DNA from: Lachnoclostridium sp. UBA5890
Lineage (GTDB): Bacteria > Bacillota > Clostridia > Lachnospirales > Lachnospiraceae
Assembly: GCA_002431395.1 (NCBI GenBank)
Contig: DJEU01000059.1
Span: 9,753 to 73,752, forward strand
Direction: 5' to 3'
Length of the DNA stretch: 64,000 nt
Shown: positions 1-8,385 of the stretch, in pieces
Numbering within the stretch: the first letter of the stretch is position 1
Layout: the number at the start of each line of letters is the position of its first letter
Translations under genes and position numbers: made by a program
The notes under the pieces: model-generated
Database searches by the model: none
Told to the model about the DNA's origin: nothing
What the model saw: the letters and a program-made list of their open reading frames with translations, nothing else

Positions 1-266
1 GGCTGGAAGAAGCCAAAGAACTGGCGAAAGAACTGGAGAAGAAAGAAGTTGTGCTCGCGATCAAAACCGGTTCCGACGGACGTGTATTTGGTTCTGTTTC
101 GACGAAAGAAATTGCAGAAGCTGCAAAAGAACAGCTTGGCTATGAATTGGACAAAAAGAAGATGCATTTGAAAGATGCGATCAAGAGCATTGGAACCTTT
201 CATGTACCGGTAAAACTGCATCCGAAAGTAACGGTAGAATTGAAAGTGGTAGTAAAGGAGAAATAA
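1..266 (+). CDS. rplI: 50S ribosomal protein L9, C-terminal part (5' end lies outside the window)
   Basis: Frame 3 is open from the window start. The translation ..LEEAKELAKELEKKEVVLAIKTGSDGRVFGSVSTKEIAEAAKEQLG..HPKVTVELKVVV looks like the L9 C-terminal domain. It is followed by dnaB, matching the Firmicutes rplI-dnaB synteny. Confidence 0.85.
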   Translation, partial: LEEAKELAKELEKKEVVLAIKTGSDGRVFGSVSTKEIAEAAKEQLGYELDKKKMHLKDAIKSIGTFHVPVKLHPKVTVELKVVVKEK

Positions 267-272
267 TACAGC

Positions 273-1613
273 ATGGAAGAACAGGTGATTAAAAAAATTC
301 TTCCCCACAGTGCAGAAGCAGAGCAGTCTGTGATCGGAGCGATGATCATGGATCAGGAGGCTATTCTGACAGCGTCGGAAATTCTGACATCGGATGATTT
401 TTACAATCCGCAGTTCCGAACCCTTTACGATGCTATGCTGGCGTTGTATCAGGAAGGAAAACCGGTGGATCTGGTTACCCTTCAAAATCGTCTGCAGGAG
501 ATGAATGTGCCGGCAGAACTTTGCAGTGTCGAATTTATCAGTAATATCATTGCGGCTGTTCCTACCTCGGCCAATGTAAAATATTATTCCGAAATTGTAC
601 GTCAGAAAGCGGTGCTGCGCCGGTTGATCCGGGTGACAGAGGGCATCGCCAATGAATGTTATCAGGACAATGAAAAACTGGAAGATATATTAGAACAGAC
701 AGAAAAACAAGTATTTGATGTTGTACAGAACCGCGCAAGCAGCGATTTTGTGCCGATCCGCCAAGTGGCATTGGAAACTCTTGACAGCATTCAGAGTGCT
801 GCGAAAAATGCCGGAGCGGTGACGGGAGTTTCGACCGGATTTTATGATCTGGATGCCCGCACAGCCGGATTGCAGAAGTCCGATCTGATTCTGATCGCGG
901 CACGTCCGTCTATGGGAAAAACGGCGTTTGTATTGAACATTGCGGAAAATGTGGCAATTAAAAACAACATAACAACTGTTATTTTCAGCCTGGAAATGTC
1001 GCGCGTGCAGCTGGCAAAACGTTTGATTTCCATGAACTCCCATGTGGATTCGCAGAAAATTCGTACGGGACAGCTGGAAGACCAGGAATGGCGGGATCTG
1101 ACGGAAAGTACCGTAATCCTGGGAGAATCGGCGTTGGTAATTGACGATACTCCGGGGATCAGTATTGCAGAACTTCGTTCCAAGTGCCGTAAATTGAAAC
1201 TTGAGAAAAATCTTGGACTTATCATAATCGACTACTTACAGTTGATGTCAGGTTCGGGCGGAAATAAAAATGAATCGAGACAGCAGGAGATCTCTGACAT
1301 TTCGCGTTCGCTGAAAGCACTTGCCCGTGAGGTCGACTGTCCGGTTATTGCACTGTCGCAGCTGAGCCGTGCGGTGGAAAAACGTGACGATAAGCGGCCG
1401 ATGCTTTCCGACCTTCGTGAATCCGGAGCCATTGAGCAGGATGCTGACGTGGTAATGTTTATATACCGTGATGAGTATTATAATAAAGATTCTGACAGCA
1501 AGGGAATTACCGAGATCATTATCGGAAAACAGAGAAATGGTCCGACGTGTACTGTGCAGTTGAAGTGGCTGGCGGAATTGACGAAATTTGCAAACTTAGA
1601 CCTGAGATCCTAG
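273..1613 (+). CDS. dnaB: Replicative DNA helicase DnaB
   Basis: 446 aa. Has the N-terminal 'LPHSAEAEQSVIGAMI' DnaB signature, Walker A 'ARPSMGKTAF', 'IIDYLQLM' and 'ALSQLSRAVEKR'. Confidence 0.97.
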   Translation: MEEQVIKKILPHSAEAEQSVIGAMIMDQEAILTASEILTSDDFYNPQFRTLYDAMLALYQEGKPVDLVTLQNRLQEMNVPAELCSVEFISNIIAAVPTSANVKYYSEIVRQKAVLRRLIRVTEGIANECYQDNEKLEDILEQTEKQVFDVVQNRASSDFVPIRQVALETLDSIQSAAKNAGAVTGVSTGFYDLDARTAGLQKSDLILIAARPSMGKTAFVLNIAENVAIKNNITTVIFSLEMSRVQLAKRLISMNSHVDSQKIRTGQLEDQEWRDLTESTVILGESALVIDDTPGISIAELRSKCRKLKLEKNLGLIIIDYLQLMSGSGGNKNESRQQEISDISRSLKALAREVDCPVIALSQLSRAVEKRDDKRPMLSDLRESGAIEQDADVVMFIYRDEYYNKDSDSKGITEIIIGKQRNGPTCTVQLKWLAELTKFANLDLRS

Positions 1614-1684
1614 AAAAAAGGAAAACGGTGTCGAAGGCGCAAAACTTTTGTCAAACGGTTTTTTAAAAGATAGAACGAAGAGAC

Positions 1685-1712
1685 TTGAAGTCCTTTCTCT
1701 TAATGTTATACT
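1685..1712 (+). promoter_or_regulatory. Putative sigma-A promoter of the MerR-family gene, with an overlapping short inverted repeat
   Basis: TTGAAG, a 16-nt spacer, then TGtTATACT (extended -10). An inverted repeat TACTTG..CAAGTA at 1709-1730 overlaps the -10 and start region. Confidence 0.4.
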
Positions 1713-1760
1713 TGAACTAAGGGACAAGTATTCATTAAAGGAAAGGACTGATTTTATTTT

Positions 1761-2318
1761 ATGAAGGAACCGGTACAATTATGTTATACGATTTCAGAAG
1801 CAGCAAAAGTAATGGAAGTAGAGCCGCATGTGCTGCGCTATTGGGAAGAAGAATTAGGGCTTGATATCTCACGAAATTCGATGGGGCACCGAATTTACAC
1901 GGACGATGATCTGAAGACATTCCGCTCGATCAAACAGTTAAAGGCGAATCATGTAGCATTAAAGGAAATACGCCAGCAGATTGTGGTATCCGGGGAAAAA
2001 ACTCCGTTAAAAAAAGATTGTGAAAAAGAATTTTGTGGCGATAAAATGACACAATTTAAGACTATACTTTCTAATATCATAAAGGACGCCATAAATGAGA
2101 ATACCGGCGAATTGAGTTCGCAGATCAGCTCTCAGGTTTCGGACGATGTGCGCAAGGAGATGGATTATCTCGCACGCATGCAGGAAGAAGAGCAGGAGGC
2201 GCGGTTTAAAAAATTGGATGAAACCATTCGTACATTACAAAAAGCAAGGCAGGAGGCAGCCATCGCTTCGATGGAAGAAAAAAATTCGAAAAAGAAAAAG
2301 CGGCTTTTTAAACGCTGA
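1761..2318 (+). CDS. MerR-family transcriptional regulator
   Basis: N-terminal HTH 'YTISEAAKVMEVEPHVLRYWEEELGL' is typical of MerR. The C-terminus is charged and coiled-coil-like. Confidence 0.8.
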   Translation: MKEPVQLCYTISEAAKVMEVEPHVLRYWEEELGLDISRNSMGHRIYTDDDLKTFRSIKQLKANHVALKEIRQQIVVSGEKTPLKKDCEKEFCGDKMTQFKTILSNIIKDAINENTGELSSQISSQVSDDVRKEMDYLARMQEEEQEARFKKLDETIRTLQKARQEAAIASMEEKNSKKKKRLFKR

Positions 2319-2323
2319 GTAAA

Positions 2324-2347
2324 ATTTACGAAAAATTTTTCGTAAAT
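2324..2347. terminator. Perfect 24-bp AT-rich palindrome just after the MerR gene stop (weak terminator or protein-binding site)
   Basis: ATTTACGAAAAA/TTTTTCGTAAAT is a perfect palindrome, followed by GAGAATTTTTTG. Confidence 0.35.
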
Positions 2348-2370
2348 CGAGAATTTTTTGTGATAAGTGC

Positions 2371-2399
2371 TTGCATTCTTATTGTTTAAATGTTATAAT
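2371..2399 (+). promoter_or_regulatory. Sigma-A promoter for the Big_2 secreted protein gene
   Basis: TTGCAT, a 17-nt spacer, then TGtTATAAT (extended -10). This lies inside the 5' extension of the ORF-track entry 2371..3405, arguing for the downstream start. Confidence 0.6.
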
Positions 2400-2469
2400 G
2401 TTTTCACAATATTGCCGTGCGTATTTGTCGGTTTTCACAAATATGGACGCTAAAATTAAAGGAGGAAGA

Positions 2470-3405
2470 ATGTTTATGTTCTCAAAAGTATCAAAGAAAA
2501 TTGTAGCAGCAACATTGGCAGTAGCAGTAACTGTTTCATGCGCTAGCATTGCTGATACAAAAGACGCATCTGCAGCAGCAAAATTGAGCAAAAAATCACT
2601 CAGCATGACTGTTGGCGGAAAAGATGTTAAATTGAAAGCAAGCGCAAAAGCAAAATGGTCTACAAGCAACAAACAGGTTGCAACCGTTAAAGGTAAAGGT
2701 AAGACCGGTACAGTTACAGCAGTAGGTAAAGGTTCTTGTACAATTACAGCAAAAGTTGGAAAGGAAAAACTTTCTTGCAAAGTTAAAGTAGCTGCAGCTA
2801 AAGCTGGTACAGTAATTTATGACCTTGCAAAAGAGACAGGATCTAATGCGGAGACTGGTGAGTCTTGGGCAGCACCTATAAAATGTCCTTACAGCTCATT
2901 CAAGTACAGCAGTTTCTCTATGTGGCTCTGCCGTGCAACATTCTATGATCCAGCAAATGGTGGTAAAGACTACAGAGGTAAAAAGATCAACTGTTCTGTA
3001 ACAGTTAAGAACTCCGGTAAAAACGACCTTGCTGAACTTGGTTTCTGCTTCAACTACACCAAAGGTGGAAGCGACGGATCTTATCCATTTGCATTCCATG
3101 TAATCGATTCTAAGTTGAGAGCTAAAATCGCTAAGAAAGCTGGTAAGAAATGGACTCTTGCTCAGGTTAAGAAAGACAAACAGCACAAACATGCAACAGT
3201 TAAAGAAGGAAAGATTAAGAAAGGTAAGACATATACTTACAACTTCTCTTTCACAATCCCAGCTGATGCTATGAACGGTGATAAAGATTCCGAGACAGGT
3301 TTGAACTACCCAATCATGTTCTTCATTCCTAACTTGAAAGATAACTCACCTTATCAGACAGGTGACCAGATTACAGTATTGAAAGCTAAATTTACTGTAG
3401 CATAA
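2470..3405 (+). CDS. Secreted protein with a bacterial Ig-like (Big_2) domain and an uncharacterised C-terminal domain
   Basis: GGAGGA RBS at 2461 precedes the ATG at 2470. Signal peptide 'MFMFSKVSKKIVAATLAVAVTVSCASIA'. The segment 'LSMTVGGKDVKLKA..WSTSNKQVATVKGKGKTGTVTAVGKGSCTITAKV' is Big_2-like. Confidence 0.7.
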   Translation: MFMFSKVSKKIVAATLAVAVTVSCASIADTKDASAAAKLSKKSLSMTVGGKDVKLKASAKAKWSTSNKQVATVKGKGKTGTVTAVGKGSCTITAKVGKEKLSCKVKVAAAKAGTVIYDLAKETGSNAETGESWAAPIKCPYSSFKYSSFSMWLCRATFYDPANGGKDYRGKKINCSVTVKNSGKNDLAELGFCFNYTKGGSDGSYPFAFHVIDSKLRAKIAKKAGKKWTLAQVKKDKQHKHATVKEGKIKKGKTYTYNFSFTIPADAMNGDKDSETGLNYPIMFFIPNLKDNSPYQTGDQITVLKAKFTVA

Positions 3406-3437
3406 TTTGGTTTACCGAATCTAATTTAAGAACATAA

Positions 3438-3473
3438 TCAAAGAGACTGTGCTTTATGCACAGTCTCTTTTTT
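3438..3473. terminator. Bidirectional intrinsic terminator between convergent genes
   Basis: Stem AAGAGACTGTGC / GCACAGTCTCTT with loop TTTAT. It is flanked by an A-run upstream and a T-run downstream. Confidence 0.8.
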
Positions 3474-3508
3474 GGGAAAAAATCTTTTTCAAGGGAATAA
3501 GTCCGCCT

Positions 3509-4858
3509 CTATTTCTCCGGAATCCAGATCTCGCCGGAGCAAGCCGGCAGTGTGATGTTCAGCATGCCATTTTCCGGTGTTACGGTTTTGCCGGACAGGG
3601 CGCCGGTGTAGGAAGCGGCGGAAGCGTTGCGGACGGAAAGAAAAGCTTCGTTTTCGTCATTGTTCACGGTTACGATCACGGAAGTGTCATCCTTGGTGCG
3701 GCTGAACGCATATTGACGGTTTGTCAGCAAAAGTTCCTGATAACTGCCGTGAGATAATGCTTTTGTTTCCTGTCGAGCTTTACCAAGTTTTGAAATAAGT
3801 TCCACACGTTTTTGTGCATCTGCATTTTCATCAAAATCGGAAAGCGTGAGATGCGGGCGAAGAGAATCGTCTGATCCATTTTCTTTTCGACCTTCGATTC
3901 CAAATTCGGAACCGTAGTACAGGGAAGGGATTCCCGGTAATGTGTATAAAAGAATATGAACCGGTGTAAAATGTTCTTTCGCATTCAGTTTCGTATAGAT
4001 ACGCTCGACATCATGGTTGTCCACAAAATTGTATAATTTCAGAGAGTCCGAATGGTTGGACAACATTTGATGCAGATAATTTACAGTATGTGCGATCTCG
4101 AAATAATTGTGGTCGTTGTGACCGGAGAACAGTGCTTTGTGAAGCTGGTAGTTTGTAACCGAATGCAACATGTCGCCACCGACCCAGCGGCCGTAATCTC
4201 CGTGAATCACTTCGCCCATAAGCCAGAATTCCGGTTTTACTTCATTGGCAGTTTGTCGGAGAGCTTTCATGAAATCAAAATCCAAAACGTCTGCAGCATC
4301 AAGGCGGATGCCATCAATATCAAACTCACTTACCCAGAAACGAATCACATCGCAGATATAATCTTTTACTGCCGGATTGCGCTGGTTCAATTTAACAAGC
4401 AGATTGTAACCCCCCCAGTTTTCGTAGGAAAACCCGTCGTTGTATTCATTGTTTCCGCTAAAGTTGACATTGCAGTACCAGTCAAGATAGGAGGAAGATT
4501 CACGGTTTTTCAAAATATCCCGGAAGGCGAAAAAGTCACGACCGGTGTGGTTAAATACACCATCAAATATAACGTGTACATTTTTCTCATGACAATAGGT
4601 TACAAAATTTTTTAAATCTTCATTGGTGCCAAGACGGCAGTCCAGTTTTTTATAATCCGTAGTCTCATATCCGTGACCGACCGATTCGAAGAGTGGACCG
4701 ATGTACAAGGCATTGCAGCCGAGGGATATCAGATGGTCAACCCAAGGGAGGCAGTCGTTCAGACGGTGAGAGATACCTTCGTACGTATTTTGCTTTTCAG
4801 CACCACAAAGTCCAAGTGGATAAATGTGGTAAAAAATTGCTTCATCATACCAAGCCAT
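3509..4858 (-). CDS. GH13 alpha-amylase-family glycoside hydrolase (intracellular, no signal peptide)
   Basis: Start chosen at 'MAWYDEAIFYHIYPLG', preceded by a GGAGA RBS. GH13 motifs are present: 'DGVFNHTG', 'GIRLDAADV', 'LMGEVIH', 'FVDNHDVERI'. Confidence 0.9.
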   Translation of the reverse strand: MAWYDEAIFYHIYPLGLCGAEKQNTYEGISHRLNDCLPWVDHLISLGCNALYIGPLFESVGHGYETTDYKKLDCRLGTNEDLKNFVTYCHEKNVHVIFDGVFNHTGRDFFAFRDILKNRESSSYLDWYCNVNFSGNNEYNDGFSYENWGGYNLLVKLNQRNPAVKDYICDVIRFWVSEFDIDGIRLDAADVLDFDFMKALRQTANEVKPEFWLMGEVIHGDYGRWVGGDMLHSVTNYQLHKALFSGHNDHNYFEIAHTVNYLHQMLSNHSDSLKLYNFVDNHDVERIYTKLNAKEHFTPVHILLYTLPGIPSLYYGSEFGIEGRKENGSDDSLRPHLTLSDFDENADAQKRVELISKLGKARQETKALSHGSYQELLLTNRQYAFSRTKDDTSVIVTVNNDENEAFLSVRNASAASYTGALSGKTVTPENGMLNITLPACSGEIWIPEK

Positions 4859-5059
4859 AATTTTGTCTCCTTTTCCAAAGTATTTCTGCCGGAATATTCT
4901 GGCAGACAATCTTATTATACTACATTTTTGATAAAAAAGTGATTTTAATTTCATTTTAATTAAATTTGTTATAATTCTTATATCATAATTTGTGTTTCGT
5001 GTTTCATTGTGTTATACTGAAAAAAGAGAATAACGTTATGATAGAATGGAGGAAGACGA

Positions 5060-6091
5060 GTGAAGAGAAGGTTATTGTTGGCGGCCGGCGTAGCATTTTC
5101 GATGTGTCTGACCGGATGTGGGATTCTGCCCACAGAGGAAGAATTTGATGCGGCACCGGTGGTAAAAGAATATGAGGGTGCCAGTTTCAATAAAGTAGCT
5201 GTCACACGGGGAACATTGGCAAAAACAGAGGAGATTTCCGGAAAATATAAAGGAACCGTCAAAGAAGATATTGAACCCGACGGCGCGAGCGTGATCAAGA
5301 AGATTTATGTTAAAAAAGGCGACCGCGTGAAAGCCGGGGATGTTATCATGCAGTATGAACTGCCGGGAAGTGAAAAAACTTTGAAGGAGTCCAATGAAAA
5401 AATTGCGAAAACGGAGCTGCAGATCAAGCAGGCGAAAGAACTTATGACTCTGGAAGTAGAAAAACAGAAAAAAACCGGTGGTGGAAAAAGCGAGATTGAA
5501 AATGCAAAAAATCAATACGAACAGCAGATCAAAGCCTTGGAATCCAGTCTGGAACTTTTGAAAATGGATGCGAAAATTGCAAAAGAAGAGATCAAAGATG
5601 AACAGATCACGGCATCGGTAAACGGCGTAGTGACGTATGTTGACAGCAAGGCCGAGGGTACATATGGAACCGAGGGTGAGGCAGCAGTCAAGATCGAAGG
5701 AAAGAAAAAGAACCGCTTTGAGGCAAACAGCAAATATGCTTCGCATTGTAAAGAGGGCGATATCGTTACGATTGAAGTGAAAGGCCAGGAATACAAGGTG
5801 ACGATAAAACGGGATAAAGAATCTACCGATTCGGTTTATTTTTATCCAAAGACAAAATTGAATTTGGAAGATGGAACGGTGTGCTCCTATCAGGTGGTAT
5901 TGAAAGAGCGCAAAGATATATTGTATCTGCCGTCGTCGATCGTGTATTCGATGGGTGACAAACATGTGGTGTACTATGAAGATGCCAATGGTTTGAAATC
6001 GACAAAAGAAGTTTCAGTGGGCGAGACAATTGATAACTTTATTGAGATTACGGGCGGTTTGGAAGAAAACGAGCAAGTGATAGCGAATTAG
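5060..6091 (+). CDS. HlyD/efflux-adaptor-family lipoprotein (adaptor 1 of 3)
   Basis: GTG start. Lipobox 'CLTGCG'. Biotinyl-lipoyl-like 'VKKGDRVKAGDVIMQYE', a long coiled-coil, and a beta-barrel C-terminus. Confidence 0.8.
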   Translation: MKRRLLLAAGVAFSMCLTGCGILPTEEEFDAAPVVKEYEGASFNKVAVTRGTLAKTEEISGKYKGTVKEDIEPDGASVIKKIYVKKGDRVKAGDVIMQYELPGSEKTLKESNEKIAKTELQIKQAKELMTLEVEKQKKTGGGKSEIENAKNQYEQQIKALESSLELLKMDAKIAKEEIKDEQITASVNGVVTYVDSKAEGTYGTEGEAAVKIEGKKKNRFEANSKYASHCKEGDIVTIEVKGQEYKVTIKRDKESTDSVYFYPKTKLNLEDGTVCSYQVVLKERKDILYLPSSIVYSMGDKHVVYYEDANGLKSTKEVSVGETIDNFIEITGGLEENEQVIAN

Positions 6092-6115
6092 GCGAAGGAT
6101 TGGAGGTTACATAAA

Positions 6116-7234
6116 GTGAAGAAAAAGATACAGATAGGTGTAGTCCTTTTGGCCGTTTCGATGATGAGCTGCGGCTGTGGAAAATCGGCTCAGAATGCCG
6201 GAGATGTACCGGAATTGATTGAAGCAGTCGGGGTTGATATGGATACGGCGGTAGTGAAAAAAATGGATCTGAGTGGTGTGACTTCTTTCTCCGCGCAGAT
6301 TGTTCCGAAAATTGAAAAGATGGCATTCCTTTCTTCGGGAAGCATCGATCAGATGAAAGTGTCGATCGGAGACAAAGTGAAGAAAGGCCAGCTTCTTGCC
6401 ACATTGGCAGGCGGAAGCGGAAAAGTGAAATCGCTCAAGGAAGAGATCGCCTCCCTCAAAGAGACCAATGAGGGGACAAATCAGCAGAGTGAGTACGATA
6501 TCGAGATGTTAGAAGAAAATCTTTCTGATCTGAAAAAGCAGGCAAAGGCTGTGAAAAACAGTAAGCAGAAAAAGGCACTGAAAAATCAGATCGTTGAGAA
6601 AGAGGAAGAGATAAAGATTGCAAAAGTGAAATTGGAGCAGCAGAAAGAATTGCAGCAGCTGGAGATCCGCCAGAAAGAGGCAGATATCAAAGAGGCACAG
6701 AAGAGCACGAAAAATTCAAAACTGTATTCGACTATAGATGGCGAGGTCATCAGTACAAGCGGCGGAAGCGGTTACATGGTACAGGGAGGAAGCGTGGCGA
6801 TCCAGGTTGCGAACATGAATGCTCCTCGCCTGAAGACGGCGTATGTTTCCGATAGCAAACTGGCGAAAGCGAGCAGTTATGTGGCGATTGTAGATGGAAA
6901 AAAATACAAAGTAGAAGTTGAAGAACAGGAAGTGTCAAGACAGGATATCGAGATGGGAAATTATCCGAAAAACAGTTGGTTTGACTTTGTGGCAGAGCAT
7001 GTGGACGCGAAAGTCGGCGGCTCGGCGACAATCGAATTGTACACCGATACAGTGAAAGATGCACTTGTCGTACCAGCCAATGCGGTATATCGTTCCAAAG
7101 AAGAATCCTACGTTTATCTGGTAGAAGGTGATGCGAAGACCAAAACCATCGTAAAGACCGGGACCGAAACGGATGCTTACATACAGATTGAAAGTGGAGT
7201 AAAGGAGGGAGATGTAGTCTATGTGGAAGGTTAA
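6116..7234 (+). CDS. HlyD/efflux-adaptor-family lipoprotein (adaptor 2 of 3)
   Basis: GTG start. Lipobox 'MMSCGCG'. Contains 'VSIGDKVKKGQLLATL', a coiled-coil and 'ALVVPANAVY'. Confidence 0.8.
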   Translation: MKKKIQIGVVLLAVSMMSCGCGKSAQNAGDVPELIEAVGVDMDTAVVKKMDLSGVTSFSAQIVPKIEKMAFLSSGSIDQMKVSIGDKVKKGQLLATLAGGSGKVKSLKEEIASLKETNEGTNQQSEYDIEMLEENLSDLKKQAKAVKNSKQKKALKNQIVEKEEEIKIAKVKLEQQKELQQLEIRQKEADIKEAQKSTKNSKLYSTIDGEVISTSGGSGYMVQGGSVAIQVANMNAPRLKTAYVSDSKLAKASSYVAIVDGKKYKVEVEEQEVSRQDIEMGNYPKNSWFDFVAEHVDAKVGGSATIELYTDTVKDALVVPANAVYRSKEESYVYLVEGDAKTKTIVKTGTETDAYIQIESGVKEGDVVYVEG

Positions 7235-8369
7235 ATGGATCGGAATCCTGTGCATGACAGCAGCGATTTTGTCAGCATGTGGTTCGGAAAAAAGCCAGGG
7301 GACAGGAGAAGTGCTCCTTTACGAAAACGGCGAAGCGGCATCCGGAAGTGCGGTTTCCCAGGAAGATTACGAGACGACAAAGGTCCGTCAGGAAACATAT
7401 AAAGAAGAATATTATGATACGGCAGACCTTGATTACACGGATACAGAGACCATTTACATTGATGATGAAGATGCGGTCTTAGATTCCATAAAAGTGAAAA
7501 AAGACCAAAAGGTCAACAAAGGTGATGTGCTTGCCGTGTATCATGTAGAGACGTCGAAGACAAAACTGCAGAAGGAAAAAATTTTAGTGCAGCAGGCACG
7601 TGCCAACTATGAATCCGGCCTCAGCAATCTTCAGAATGCGGTGTCACAGGCGGAAAAAGAACTGGCAACGATCAAAAATGCAGCAGAAAAGAAGATCAAA
7701 CAGTTGGAGATCAAGAAGCAGAAGGAAGAACTTGCCAATTACAAAAAGGGTGAGAAAGAAGTCATTGATCAGGAGAAAAGTTATGCACAGTTAGTACGCC
7801 GCCAGAATAAGACAAAACTTGTGGCAAAGAAAAGTGGTGTCGTGACTTCCACCGGACGAGAATATGTTGGAGAAGAGATTGATGCTTCGAAAAAAATCGT
7901 TGAGATGCGGAGCAATAACAAATGGGTTTTGAAAGTAAAAGATCCGGATTCGAAACTGCGTTACAATATGGATGTTTCTGTACGGCTTGGAAAAAATATG
8001 AAAGACTACCAGCATGAGGTAAAAGGAAAAGTTATCACAGCTACAGACATTACCGGAGTTGGAGAAACTGACGAGGCGGGCGATAATATTGTATACGTGG
8101 AAGTGTCAAAAACGGATAAACAAAAATACGATTTTGAAAAGACCAATATATACGTCTATGCGATTTCTTTCTCCGTGAAAAATGCACTTGTTGTCGATGC
8201 AGAAGCCATCAATCAGGAATCTGTGGAGTATACAAATAAACTGTATGTCAATGTGCTGGAAGATGGCAAGATCCACAAACGTTATATCGTAAGTAATTAC
8301 AATACCGAAACAGAGTATCTGGTGGAGCAGGGAGTAAGCGCCGGCCAGACACTTGCGATCATAAGATAG
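7221..8369 (+). CDS. HlyD/efflux-adaptor-family lipoprotein (adaptor 3 of 3)
   Basis: Lipobox 'ILSACGS'. Contains 'VKKDQKVNKGDVLAVY', a coiled-coil and 'ALVVDAEAI'. The start overlaps the previous gene by 14 nt. Confidence 0.75.
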   Translation: MWKVKWIGILCMTAAILSACGSEKSQGTGEVLLYENGEAASGSAVSQEDYETTKVRQETYKEEYYDTADLDYTDTETIYIDDEDAVLDSIKVKKDQKVNKGDVLAVYHVETSKTKLQKEKILVQQARANYESGLSNLQNAVSQAEKELATIKNAAEKKIKQLEIKKQKEELANYKKGEKEVIDQEKSYAQLVRRQNKTKLVAKKSGVVTSTGREYVGEEIDASKKIVEMRSNNKWVLKVKDPDSKLRYNMDVSVRLGKNMKDYQHEVKGKVITATDITGVGETDEAGDNIVYVEVSKTDKQKYDFEKTNIYVYAISFSVKNALVVDAEAINQESVEYTNKLYVNVLEDGKIHKRYIVSNYNTETEYLVEQGVSAGQTLAIIR

Positions 8370-8385
8370 GAGGCGTGGAGAGAAC

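Noticed and set aside
2371-2469. 5' extensions of ORF-track entries: 2371 for the Big_2 protein, and likewise 42587, 22225, 48752, 50501, 11852, 25036, 29351, 36793, 43994 and 52139
   Set aside because: The extensions run through promoters, terminators or the preceding gene and lack an RBS. In each case an internal ATG with a GGAGG-type RBS and a sensible N-terminus (signal peptide or conserved start) is present.
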